The position numbers were made by a program, and so were the translations under genes. The notes below the pieces were generated by a model. It was not told the origin of the DNA, made no database searches, and saw only the letters and a list, made by a program, of their open reading frames with translations. Shown piece by piece: positions 47,980 through 57,813 of a DNA stretch of 61,640 nt (position 1 is its first letter; each line of letters starts with the position of its first letter). The stretch covers positions 1 to 61,640 of IMG/VR virus record IMGVR_UViG_3300045747_000506. One strand, 5' to 3'. This stretch comes from a virus. Lineage: Duplodnaviria > Caudoviricetes.

Positions 47980-49338
47980 CTACTCCCGAACTAAATGTTC
48001 ACTTTCCTTCCAATTTGCTCCTAAATTCTGTTTATATTTTTTAGCATAGTGATCCTTCATAGTTTTCATATCCCCACCATAGAGCTCAACAAGAATTGAA
48101 TCGGCAACACCATTTTGAAACAGTGCCGACAATGTAGAATTTCTCGTACCTCTGTGTAGGTCAACAAACTTAGAAAGCTTCTTCTGCATAATTAATTTTT
48201 TAGCACTCTTTGACCATTCTTGATAAAGAGCATTTTTACCTAATATCTCTCCACTCTTTCCTTTGAATACTAATTCTTTATTATTCAAACTTGGAGTAAG
48301 TCCCATTAACATTTCATAAAGGCCTGGGAAAAAGTCGTACTTTAATGAACTATCTGGACTACTTTTTAGCCCACCTAATTCTTCAGAATCAACTGCCCCC
48401 TTCCCATCGGAAATATGTCTGCTAAAAGTTATTTCTCTTTTCTTGAAATTTATATCACCCCACCTTAAGCAAATAACCTCAGACTTTCTTCGTGTGTAGT
48501 TTGCCAAGATTGTAATAGCAATTCGTATTTCTTTTTTATCGATATTGTTTATGACTAAGTTTCTTTCTTCTAAGGTATAGAAGTCAGCCGCCTTAAATTT
48601 TTTGGATTTAATTTTCTTAGGAAATTCTGGAGTATATTTTGTAAACCCTTCTATTTCGGCCCAGCTAAATATAGGTCCTAACTCTTTTATAATTTCTGTT
48701 TTGATAGAATCTGAAAGATTAACTCTTTTAGAAAATCTATTAACATATTTGTAGCTTAGTAATTGTTTACTTAAAACTTGGTAGCTTAGTTCTGAAAAAG
48801 AATATTCCCCAAAAATTGGGATCATATAAAGTCTGACTACTCTTTCTTTTTTAGCATACCCTCCTGGAGTTAGCTTATCAGAAAAAGAATTACCGACCCT
48901 ATCTTTTTGATATTCTAGATATTGGTACATGCAGTTCTTAATAAGGAGGGAATTTCTCTGAGACTTATTCCCAATTGTTCTTGGGTCGAAATTGTTTCCA
49001 TCTTTAGCGAATTTATCTTTAATAAATTCACAGAAACTATCTGCTCTAGATGCAGTATCTAATCTTTTATCGGTGTCATCAGTAGTTTTTTGAATTAGCT
49101 GTATAGAGTTAGTACCTATAATAGGTGTATTAAAACTAACCCTAAAAAGATTGGGAGTACTACCACATGAAATACATCTAGGTATTTCATTAATATACTC
49201 CCTACTTTTTTTCTTCTTAAATTTCATTCCATTACAATCAACACACTTGGCCCTAGTGGCAGGACTAATATAAGGCTTCATAGCTTTCCCCCTTCGCAAT
49301 TTTCTTTTTTGCTCGGGTGATATTAAATCTACGTCCAT
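47980..49338 (-). CDS. int: Tyrosine recombinase (integrase) with N-terminal CxxC zinc finger
   Basis: TRRKSEVICLRWGDI, LKS, LHRGTR, KDHY catalytic Tyr; second His box degenerate. Confidence 0.88.
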   Translation of the reverse strand: MDVDLISPEQKRKLRRGKAMKPYISPATRAKCVDCNGMKFKKKKSREYINEIPRCISCGSTPNLFRVSFNTPIIGTNSIQLIQKTTDDTDKRLDTASRADSFCEFIKDKFAKDGNNFDPRTIGNKSQRNSLLIKNCMYQYLEYQKDRVGNSFSDKLTPGGYAKKERVVRLYMIPIFGEYSFSELSYQVLSKQLLSYKYVNRFSKRVNLSDSIKTEIIKELGPIFSWAEIEGFTKYTPEFPKKIKSKKFKAADFYTLEERNLVINNIDKKEIRIAITILANYTRRKSEVICLRWGDINFKKREITFSRHISDGKGAVDSEELGGLKSSPDSSLKYDFFPGLYEMLMGLTPSLNNKELVFKGKSGEILGKNALYQEWSKSAKKLIMQKKLSKFVDLHRGTRNSTLSALFQNGVADSILVELYGGDMKTMKDHYAKKYKQNLGANWKESEHLVRE

Positions 49339-49413
49339 TATATTAAAATCCTATAATTGCTGACTCAAGTGGTTATCAATAAGTTACTTATTCAAATATT
49401 TCTTTTTAATATG

Positions 49414-49662
49414 CTACAGTGTTCCAATATATGTAACTATGGTGTCACAAACAAGGGCAGTATCTTTTACTTCTCTCTTCTTTGTTGTTTGATTGTAGGT
49501 AGCAACCTTTCCTTCTGTTTTTCTATTATCAAGTAGTATCAACTCTCCAGAGAAAACATCTAAGTAGACACCTTCTTTTCCGTCAAAAAATAATTTAGAA
49601 GCAAATTTTTTCATCTTCATTTCTGGTAGCCCTTTATTAATACTGTTTACAACTATATTCAT
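49414..49662 (-). CDS. Hypothetical protein
   Basis: GAGGAG RBS; divergent from repressor. Confidence 0.6.
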   Translation of the reverse strand: MNIVVNSINKGLPEMKMKKFASKLFFDGKEGVYLDVFSGELILLDNRKTEGKVATYNQTTKKREVKDTALVCDTIVTYIGTL

Positions 49663-50006
49663 ATCTAATACTCCTCTAAGTGTATAGTGCTATTTTGTGT
49701 AAAAACCTTACTGGTATATAATTTATATAGATTAGCAGATAGATAGACATAACTCCTCCTCCGAATAGAAATTATGTATATAATTAAAGTGTATAAATAT
49801 ACTTTAAAGCTATAAATTATTTCTGAGGAATATGACTCAACCTAAAGGCAATATCAATATCAATTTTAGTAAAATATACGTATTTCCATAATTTACACGT
49901 ACTTATAATACCCCAATAAGGGTATATTTCGGTACGCCGTAATTTTTGACTTATTTTTAAAGCTATGAAATTGCGTAAACTTATAGTTTTGTGATATGTT
50001 TAATGT

Positions 50007-50486
50007 ATGCCAATAGTAGCCAATTTTTTAGAAAACTTTACAGCCGCCATGAAGAAGGCTGGAAATCTTACTTATCAAGATTTGGAGGATATTTCTGGTG
50101 TGCCAAAACGCAGAATAACTACATGGGCATACCGTAAAACTGTTCCAAATCCTGACGACTTAGAAAAAATATCAACTGCCTTAAAAGTAGAGCCACACTA
50201 TTTCTTTATGAAACCTGGAACTCAACTAAAAATAGAATATGTTTCTTGTGCTTTTGATAAGTTTATTGATGAGCTGGCAGAGAAAGTTTTATCTCCTTCC
50301 GATAAAGCATCTTACATAGAAAAAGGCGGGGCCAAAGAGTTTGTCAGAGTGTTGAGAGAAAACTATGAAACAGATTCTCTAGTAATTTCTGAATGGTATT
50401 TACAATTAAATAAAGAACTTTCAAATTATGTAACTTTAGATTTAAAAAAGAAAGTTATAGAAAAGTTTGATTTAAAAAACAGGTAA
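50007..50486 (+). CDS. XRE/CI-like HTH repressor
   Basis: LTYQDLEDISGVPKRRITTW...PNPDDLEKISTALKV..YFF. Confidence 0.85.
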   Translation: MPIVANFLENFTAAMKKAGNLTYQDLEDISGVPKRRITTWAYRKTVPNPDDLEKISTALKVEPHYFFMKPGTQLKIEYVSCAFDKFIDELAEKVLSPSDKASYIEKGGAKEFVRVLRENYETDSLVISEWYLQLNKELSNYVTLDLKKKVIEKFDLKNR

Positions 50487-50487
50487 T

Positions 50488-50841
50488 TCACCTATTTTCT
50501 AATTTTCTTAAACAACTTAATATCTCCCAAGAATCCCCTCCTTTATCTAGATATGCCACATGTTTAATTTTTTTAATAGCACTACTTCCACTGAATAATA
50601 CCAATTTTTCGGTATCAATTAATTCTTCATACTCATCTAAATTTACACCCCCAAAACACCAATCAGAAATGATCCACCTATGTTGGCCTTTGTGCGGAAT
50701 GTAGCTGTCAGGAGATTTATAGACATCAAGTTCGTATTCAGAAGTGCTAAACATAAAAGTAAGCAACTCAATTACCGTATCATTGTCTTCAATAAGTGCT
50801 ATTTTTGCTGCCTTCATATACACCCCGTTTGTTATCAACAA
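50488..50841 (-). CDS. Stand-alone response-regulator receiver
   Basis: IALIEDND, IISDW (phospho-acceptor Asp), LFSG, YLDK. Confidence 0.8.
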   Translation of the reverse strand: MLITNGVYMKAAKIALIEDNDTVIELLTFMFSTSEYELDVYKSPDSYIPHKGQHRWIISDWCFGGVNLDEYEELIDTEKLVLFSGSSAIKKIKHVAYLDKGGDSWEILSCLRKLENR

Positions 50842-50953
50842 TATTAGTGTAGTCCCATAAATCGAGACTAATTAAAAATAGAGTAAAATTTACCCGTAAT
50901 TGAGGATTTACAAAGGTTATACAAACATTATTTATAACTTAAATAACTGGCAG

Positions 50954-51328
50954 CTATCTCTGCTTTAAGGGTATTGGAACAACCTTAACCACAATAGTTG
51001 TATTTGTTTCTACTCTTTTTGCGGTTATCCAACTCAATTTTTGTTCAATTCGGCTATCTACATGTCTATCAAAAAGGCCCGTGATTTTATCATGATCCTC
51101 CTTGCATAGAGGTATATAGTTATAGGCATCCCAGAATTTTTTCTCATCACCTTTATGGCTTACAACATGGTCCACTATTACTGCCCTAGCTCCGCAAGCA
51201 TAACATTTAGGATTAACTGCTATAAATTTATTTCTATATTCAATCCAATCTACTGATTCATATAATCTAGGTTTGCTGAATTTTTTAGCGTTAGATGTTT
51301 TCGGTTTGAACATTGCTGCTTTTTTCAA
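50954..51328 (-). CDS. HNH endonuclease, HK97 gp74-like terminase cofactor
   Basis: LY...W...R..F...NPKCYACG..A.IVDHV..HKGD...FWD..N..PLCK.DHDKIT. Confidence 0.85.
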   Translation of the reverse strand: MKKAAMFKPKTSNAKKFSKPRLYESVDWIEYRNKFIAVNPKCYACGARAVIVDHVVSHKGDEKKFWDAYNYIPLCKEDHDKITGLFDRHVDSRIEQKLSWITAKRVETNTTIVVKVVPIPLKQR

Positions 51329-51551
51329 GTATAACTCCTTCTGGTAATAGTTCTGGTGGAAGGTTTACATTGTTTTTCCTAACAAACTGAATGAAACACT
51401 CTATATGGGAATATTTAGAATAAAACCCTAATACCTTATCTTTTCCAGCAGTATAGTATGCGGGCCAAAGAGGTTTAATTATGTTGTTACATAAATAGCA
51501 AGTTTGCTCTTTCTGGATATTTTTAGTTATTCTTATTTTAATATTTCCCAT
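51291..51551 (-). CDS. CxxC...HxxC zinc-finger protein
   Basis: CYLC..I...YSHIECF. Confidence 0.55.
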   Translation of the reverse strand: MGNIKIRITKNIQKEQTCYLCNNIIKPLWPAYYTAGKDKVLGFYSKYSHIECFIQFVRKNNVNLPPELLPEGVILEKSSNVQTENI

Positions 51552-51557
51552 AGACCC

Positions 51558-52829
51558 TCAGTTAACTGCGATATTGATAGTTTCGTTTTTCTCTTCTAGT
51601 TTTTTTAAGATGTATAAATCTTGATAGCTACCAATTACTCTATGGTAGAAGCACGTTTTAGTTTGTCCAATTCTTCTAATTCTTGCGTATGTTTGAAGAA
51701 GATCTCCAGGAGTCCAACAATAATCTGAAATTACCATGTGATTTGTAGCGGTGAGAGTTATGCCAGTTGAGAAAGATCCAATAGTAGCGACGATAATATG
51801 CAAATCACCTTTTTGAAATTCGTTGGCCAAATACTCTCTAATTTTCATTGGAGTATTACCAGTTATGGCAGTTGCTTCTAAACCTTTTGCCAAGGCTTCA
51901 CATGAATCAACATGGTCAGTATATACAACTACTTTTTCAACCGATTGAAGTAAATCTTTTACATAGGAAATAGTAAATGGAACTTTAGCTAGAGCAGCTT
52001 TTGCTTTTATGTCTGGTTTAACACTTTTATTTTCTTCGATAAAGCTATTAAAAGACTCTAATAATTCTGGATTATCTATTTCAGAAATTACCACATCATT
52101 AAATATACTTTCTGGAAGATCTAAAACTTTATCGGCCTCAAATCGGATATAAATATTTCTTAGCCACCCTTTTAACTCTTCAACATTTCTAATCCCACTC
52201 CATTGTTGAACTACACGGCTTCTTCCTCCACCTAATTTTACTTCATACTCTTGAAGAAAAGAAAACCTATTGGCAAATTCTACGTAAGATGGGTATAGGG
52301 TAAGGAAACTAGAGTCTATTATTGCAGGATTGTAATTACATAAACAGATAAGAGAATAGAATTCATAAACTCTGTTTTTAAGTGGAGTGCCAGTTAACAG
52401 TAATAATCTTTCGATAGAGTTTTCAAATACGAATTTGTGGAATATCTCACTTCTCTTACTTGTCATTTGTTTTAAGTATGTCGCCTCATCTGCCACTACT
52501 AAGTTGGCCCACTCAAATAATTTTTCTGATTTTTCTAGCGACTCATAACTTATTATTGCGATGTCACTGTCAACTGGGTAGTAAATATCTTTAGATGATT
52601 CGAAAGTAGAAACAATAGTATCGGGATACCATTTTGCAATTTCCCTTTTCCAAACTAATCTTAAATATGCTGGACACACAATTAATGTTTTTAATTTAGT
52701 TCTTCGAGATATTTCTAAAGCAACTACAGATTTTCCCAAGCCCATACTTAGGGCCAGGATAGAATAATTATTTTTTATTCCATAATCTATAGTCTTATTT
52801 TGAAAGTCTCGAAGAACTAATTCCGTCAC
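51558..52829 (-). CDS. SNF2-family (HARP-like) helicase
   Basis: MGLGKS, DEAT, LTGTP, GITLT, Q..ARIRRIGQ. Confidence 0.93.
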   Translation of the reverse strand: MTELVLRDFQNKTIDYGIKNNYSILALSMGLGKSVVALEISRRTKLKTLIVCPAYLRLVWKREIAKWYPDTIVSTFESSKDIYYPVDSDIAIISYESLEKSEKLFEWANLVVADEATYLKQMTSKRSEIFHKFVFENSIERLLLLTGTPLKNRVYEFYSLICLCNYNPAIIDSSFLTLYPSYVEFANRFSFLQEYEVKLGGGRSRVVQQWSGIRNVEELKGWLRNIYIRFEADKVLDLPESIFNDVVISEIDNPELLESFNSFIEENKSVKPDIKAKAALAKVPFTISYVKDLLQSVEKVVVYTDHVDSCEALAKGLEATAITGNTPMKIREYLANEFQKGDLHIIVATIGSFSTGITLTATNHMVISDYCWTPGDLLQTYARIRRIGQTKTCFYHRVIGSYQDLYILKKLEEKNETINIAVN

Positions 52830-53431
52830 TAATATGCTCTTAAATAATTTAAAAACGATTCTTTAAATTGAGGGATTATAATTCCTTCAGCGTCTAAGTA
52901 GTCTGTACCAGCTAATTCAGTTGAAGCTTTTCCAGCTTTAGCTAAATTTTTTGGCTGTTTCCACTCAGGAAAATCGTTATCTAGAAATGAAGACAATAGT
53001 TTTTTATGGGTATCTAAAGTTCTATCGTAGGGAGTATTCTTGCTTTTTGCTAAGGCAGCTTTTGCTTTAGTAGCTTTAGTTTCTTTAGCAGGAGTAGCTT
53101 CAACTTCTTCTTTATTTTCTTTAACTTCTTCAACTTTTTCTCCTTCCAATTTTACTGGAGCTGGCACTGGTTTTTCAAATTTAGGTTTAGCGATAATTGT
53201 AGTTTCAGGTTTTCTTTGAGTTACTTTTGTTGAAGTAACAACAGTTGGATTAGAGCTAACATCTACATCATTATTAGCCGCCAATACTACTCCAGTTAAT
53301 TCATTAAGAGCGTCTAAAGCACTGGCCCCTTCATGTAAAGTAGCTGTAGCAGTTAGTTTATTGCTCTCATAAGCTTTAGGACCGTTTCTAGTTAATTCAA
53401 CTTTAATTTCCGTTACGTTTATTAGTGACAT
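52829..53431 (-). CDS. Hypothetical replication-module protein
   Basis: Long ORF with AGGAG RBS; Lys/Glu/Pro linker. Confidence 0.7.
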   Translation of the reverse strand: MSLINVTEIKVELTRNGPKAYESNKLTATATLHEGASALDALNELTGVVLAANNDVDVSSNPTVVTSTKVTQRKPETTIIAKPKFEKPVPAPVKLEGEKVEEVKENKEEVEATPAKETKATKAKAALAKSKNTPYDRTLDTHKKLLSSFLDNDFPEWKQPKNLAKAGKASTELAGTDYLDAEGIIIPQFKESFLNYLRAY

Positions 53432-53441
53432 TTAATTCTCC

Positions 53442-54392
53442 TTAATTATTTAAATAGTTCAGTTCATTATAAAAAGTTGGCCCACACTCCCCAATTGAAT
53501 CTTCAAAAGTCCAATCGTTTTCAATACACTTAGCTAATAGTAAAATTGCTTTCTTCCACTTGGCCCTTCCAACTTTCTTATTTTTTTCAGAGGCAATCCA
53601 AGTTTTAGAATTACCGAAGTCCTTACTACTGAATATCCAGAAGAAAGAATGGTAAACGGTATTGGTAGCTGCTGTAAAAACATCTAAGTATAGAGATGCT
53701 GAAAGGTCGTAGTCATAGTCTGCAACTTTTTGTTTAATAGAGTGTTCGTCTTTACAATTTCCTCTAGTTGATTTTAAATCAGAAATAACTCCACTACCTA
53801 TACGAATTGAGTCAGCTCTAACTTTCAATCTAATCTTAGTTGCAAAATCAGTCAGCATTGCAATTCCAATTAGCTCAGTTTCAACCCATCCTTCAATAGT
53901 TAGTATGTGAGTTTTCTTAGCAATTTCTGTATAAATTTCATCATTGAAAACGTATACATCAATAAATGCTGAAACCTCTACACTACTGTCTTTTAAAAGT
54001 TTGAGTGCTATCGGTGATTCTTTAACCGCACCGATTAAAACATTGGCCTCAATTAATCCACTTGAGTTAAGAATAGCTTTTCCATCGTGTAGTTTTTTAA
54101 ATTCTTCCCAATCTTTTCCTCTGCGAATTGATCCTGGATATATTGCACACTCAGCTTCTAATTTATCAGGCTCAAGAATTGCACAATGAAAATATGTTCC
54201 AACATCAAATGCTGAACTTTCCTCTTTCTCAATTTCTTTAGTTATATATTTTTTATAAAATATTTCTGGATCTTGGAGCATAGTTTTGAGCTGAGAAGAA
54301 GAATATGAATTCTTCTCCCCATGATACTCAGAACTTGGCATATCAAGAATTAAATTACTAGAGGGCATCACTTGCATCCATTTCGTAGTCAT
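53442..54392 (-). CDS. PD-(D/E)xK exonuclease (RecE/ExoVIII-like)
   Basis: EYH..SSSQLK, GTYFH..LEP, KVRAD, DLKST, Y..SA.LY. Confidence 0.88.
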   Translation of the reverse strand: MTTKWMQVMPSSNLILDMPSSEYHGEKNSYSSSQLKTMLQDPEIFYKKYITKEIEKEESSAFDVGTYFHCAILEPDKLEAECAIYPGSIRRGKDWEEFKKLHDGKAILNSSGLIEANVLIGAVKESPIALKLLKDSSVEVSAFIDVYVFNDEIYTEIAKKTHILTIEGWVETELIGIAMLTDFATKIRLKVRADSIRIGSGVISDLKSTRGNCKDEHSIKQKVADYDYDLSASLYLDVFTAATNTVYHSFFWIFSSKDFGNSKTWIASEKNKKVGRAKWKKAILLLAKCIENDWTFEDSIGECGPTFYNELNYLNN

Positions 54393-54804
54393 TACTTGAA
54401 GTAATTTCTTCTAATCCAGTATCTGAAAAATTATGATAAAGTTGGAAATCTTTCGGGTCTGTTCCACGTTTTTTACCTTCGTAAACAAATTGGAAAACCA
54501 TACCTTTCTCAGCAGTTTCTAATAATTTGTTGATAGTTCCAGCAGAGTTTAAAGTTAGTAACTCTCCAGTTGGATTTACCATTTTACCGTCTTTACTAAC
54601 TTGAAAGTTACATTCTAAAACTTTACAAATGTGGTTAGGACATGGTTTACCTTGATAAGTAGTCATCTTAGTTGAAACGAATTCTGCCATTAAAGCGTCT
54701 CCAGCTTTCCAATCTTTCCACCCTCTAAATAAAGTAGGAATCATTCCACCCTGTTTAGTGATGTTAAGCTGTCTTTTAAATGCTGGTCTAGTGTCTGTGG
54801 CCAT
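54358..54804 (-). CDS. Putative single-stranded DNA-binding (OB-fold) protein
   Basis: Beta-rich, YEGKK..YHNF, acidic tail; next to exonuclease. Confidence 0.55.
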   Translation of the reverse strand: MATDTRPAFKRQLNITKQGGMIPTLFRGWKDWKAGDALMAEFVSTKMTTYQGKPCPNHICKVLECNFQVSKDGKMVNPTGELLTLNSAGTINKLLETAEKGMVFQFVYEGKKRGTDPKDFQLYHNFSDTGLEEITSSNDYEMDASDAL

Positions 54805-54859
54805 GTGTGATCTCCTTGCTATGGGGAAAATCCCCTATGCTTATTTTAGATGACTGTAA

Positions 54860-55168
54860 TTAGTCATCAGTTACTACGTGATTAAATATGTATGCGTAAT
54901 CGATGAATTCACCAAATATAGTGTTTCTTTTTAAAGTTTTTAATTTGAACACACCCTGTGAAACTTTATTCCCCTTGGAAGGTTTATCCTCGTCTACTAA
55001 AATTCTTACAAACTCATCAGTATATTCGTCCACCTCTACAGGGATGATTGCCTCATTTGGAGAAATCGTTCCTTCTATTGGAACTTCATGAAATGTTCTA
55101 TTCATGTCATGTTCTGCATCTTCAAGGTTGATATAAAATTTGCAGAGAACGTCTCTTACTTCTTTCAT
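54860..55168 (-). CDS. Hypothetical protein
   Basis: ATGA overlap with polA. Confidence 0.6.
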   Translation of the reverse strand: MKEVRDVLCKFYINLEDAEHDMNRTFHEVPIEGTISPNEAIIPVEVDEYTDEFVRILVDEDKPSKGNKVSQGVFKLKTLKRNTIFGEFIDYAYIFNHVVTDD

Positions 55169-57192
55169 AGATAGTCATCCTCGATACGATTTTCAAAATA
55201 TTTTTTGAATTGGTTGAACTCATTTACTGAGCGATCATCTACGTAAATATCTGTTACAGCTACTTCAACTCCATTGGGAGTAATTATTGTTGAGTCTTTT
55301 TGATAATCAGGACTCCAACTAAATAGATCCATTTTTATTTTAGATGCAGTTTCTTTTAGTTCTTCTGGAAAATAAAACATGAAAGCTTCTTTCATTATTT
55401 TTAAAAACGCATCTAGTACTTTAAAATCTCCAGAATCGTATTCGATATAAAGAGCATCATGTAATGTAACGATTGTTTCTAATCCAGCTTCTTCTGCCAT
55501 CTCAACTGCTTTACGCATAATAGATGCCCCAAAACCTTGAATGTTAAAATTTCCTGAGCTTCTTTCGTTATCGTTATCTCCAAATAGATACCATCCGCAT
55601 GGAAGCTTTAATTTACTTTCTGTTTTGTATTTAGCAGCTAACTTTATTTGATTTCCCCTGAACTCAGGGTAAGAAGCATAAAATTTATCGATTAATATCT
55701 GGGCCTGAGTCTCTGTAAATTCTTCTCCAGTTTCTTCAGATAGTTTTCTGGATAGTCCCTTTGCAGTTTGCATATAAGAAATTGAAAGAGTAACAGCTTT
55801 AAATATGTTTCTTTCTTTCTTATATTGTTCCCTTGCACCATCCATAGGTACTGCCTTAGCTAGTTTTGCGAAGTATAAATAAACATCTCCAGATAAGTAT
55901 GCATCAATCATGTTTTTACAATTACTAGTTAGAGCAGAAATAAAAAATTCTTCAGACCCGTAATCTATAGATGCAATAGCTCTACCTTTTTGTGGAGAAC
56001 ATAGAGATCTCATCCACGCTGGCTTTAAAAATAAAAAAGAAGTTGATCCAGGTTGAGATCTAGAACCAATAGACCCATAAGGATTAAAATACGGTCTAAC
56101 TCTTTTGTCAGATCCAACTGCACCCCAAAAATTCTTTTTATTCTTACTGGCACTAGGTACAAATCCATTTAAGTTTTGCTTCAACTTTAAATAACGTACC
56201 ATCTGCGCCCCAAAATTATCTTTTGGGTATTCATGTTTGAAGTCGTAAAAGTTTGTCCAAGCATCTAACGATAAAGACAAATCACCATTATCAGTCTCCA
56301 TCCATTTTTTAGTATCTACATTTTTAATTAACCACTCTTTAATGTTTCTAGTATTCATTGAGAATCTTCTAGTTTTTCTTTCGTATCTGAATGGTTTTAT
56401 TTCTGGGAATAGTTCGTTAATTTCTCTCTGGCACTCATCTAATAAAGGGCCAACTGAGGATGAAAAGTTTTTAGTCTTTTGAAAATCTATTGGATATCCG
56501 CGAGATTCCATCTTAGCAGTTAGGGCAGCATACTTACCCCTAAGTAACATTTCTTTTTCCAGCATTTCAAGATTACATCTTTTACCTAATGCAATTTTAA
56601 ATTGATTTATTATCTCGCTGTAAATTTTAGGAAGGTGAATAACATCTTCTGTACAGTATTCTTGAACTAATTTTTTCTCTTCTTCTGTAAATGATTCTGG
56701 ATTGGAGATAATTAAATCTCTCATTATATCTTTATGTTCTGTATCTCTAACCTGGCCAGTTAGTTTAAAAGTAGCTTCAGCTAAACTATGAGTTGGCCTA
56801 AAACCATTAATTGAGTCTTCTTCAGTTCTTTGCCATTTTGGAGGAGGTTTTTTAGTCTTTTTAATTTGCCCGTTAACTAGTTGATCACCATAACTTAAAT
56901 TCTTATTATGGTTTGTTAGGCATCTATACTCTAGAAACCCATCTACCCATTTAAAACTCACTGGATCTAAACCTAATGCCATAAACGATCTAGATTCAGC
57001 AGTTGCCATATAGCCGAAATAAATTTCATTAGAGTTTTTATTTAAGTAGCTGGCCAATTCCATTTGCATAAATGGGTCATTGTGTAGCCACCATTCTAAA
57101 GTCTCACCAGTTTTGTCGTCGAAAGTAGTACAGCAAACCAGCTTAACTACTGGCTCCACTACTTCTGTAAACTCAAAATCTGTGAAGATCAT
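55165..57192 (-). CDS. polA: Family A DNA polymerase with 3'-5' exonuclease
   Basis: ExoI DFE, YC.EDV; motif A DYGSEE, motif B R..FKAVTLSISY, motif C LHDAL. Confidence 0.95.
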   Translation of the reverse strand: MIFTDFEFTEVVEPVVKLVCCTTFDDKTGETLEWWLHNDPFMQMELASYLNKNSNEIYFGYMATAESRSFMALGLDPVSFKWVDGFLEYRCLTNHNKNLSYGDQLVNGQIKKTKKPPPKWQRTEEDSINGFRPTHSLAEATFKLTGQVRDTEHKDIMRDLIISNPESFTEEEKKLVQEYCTEDVIHLPKIYSEIINQFKIALGKRCNLEMLEKEMLLRGKYAALTAKMESRGYPIDFQKTKNFSSSVGPLLDECQREINELFPEIKPFRYERKTRRFSMNTRNIKEWLIKNVDTKKWMETDNGDLSLSLDAWTNFYDFKHEYPKDNFGAQMVRYLKLKQNLNGFVPSASKNKKNFWGAVGSDKRVRPYFNPYGSIGSRSQPGSTSFLFLKPAWMRSLCSPQKGRAIASIDYGSEEFFISALTSNCKNMIDAYLSGDVYLYFAKLAKAVPMDGAREQYKKERNIFKAVTLSISYMQTAKGLSRKLSEETGEEFTETQAQILIDKFYASYPEFRGNQIKLAAKYKTESKLKLPCGWYLFGDNDNERSSGNFNIQGFGASIMRKAVEMAEEAGLETIVTLHDALYIEYDSGDFKVLDAFLKIMKEAFMFYFPEELKETASKIKMDLFSWSPDYQKDSTIITPNGVEVAVTDIYVDDRSVNEFNQFKKYFENRIEDDYL

Positions 57193-57423
57193 CTGTTATC
57201 CATTTAAAATAACGCTATAGAAATTACGGTAACTATAGCGTTAGATATATACTAGATACATATAGTACCCAGTTTATGCCGTTGTGATTTATGATTAAAC
57301 TAAATGGCATACGGCACGTCAACCAAAACAGTCTAGATTATTATACATTTATACGTTTTAACTATATATTTAGACGCTTACGGTATTGCGTTGTCAGTAG
57401 GAAATATTAGATAATTATATTCA

Positions 57424-57813
57424 ATGGATAAGAATACAGTAAAATATCTAATAAGCACTCTTCGATCTGCCACGGTCACTTGGTCGGGTAGAAGTTTATG
57501 CATGAATGAGGGTAGAAGAAAAAGAATTCTTGGTAAGCACAAGAATGGAACAGAGAAATTTATTTGGGAAAACGATTGTAAAGAGTGTGGTAAGTGGTTT
57601 GCTTTAAAAGATGGCAAGCTTGAAATTGATCATAAAGAAGAAATTGGTCCGTTTAGTGGTGATTGGAATGAATATATTAATAGAATGTTTTGTGATCAAT
57701 CTAATTTACAACGTCTATGTATTCAGTGTCACCTTATTAAGACCTCTCGTTTCAACTCTACTTTAAGATACGAAAGAAAAAATAAAAACATCGATCCAAT
57801 GGATTATTTATGA
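57424..57813 (+). CDS. HNH endonuclease
   Basis: CKECG, IDH, NLQRLCIQCH..KT. Confidence 0.85.
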   Translation: MDKNTVKYLISTLRSATVTWSGRSLCMNEGRRKRILGKHKNGTEKFIWENDCKECGKWFALKDGKLEIDHKEEIGPFSGDWNEYINRMFCDQSNLQRLCIQCHLIKTSRFNSTLRYERKNKNIDPMDYL

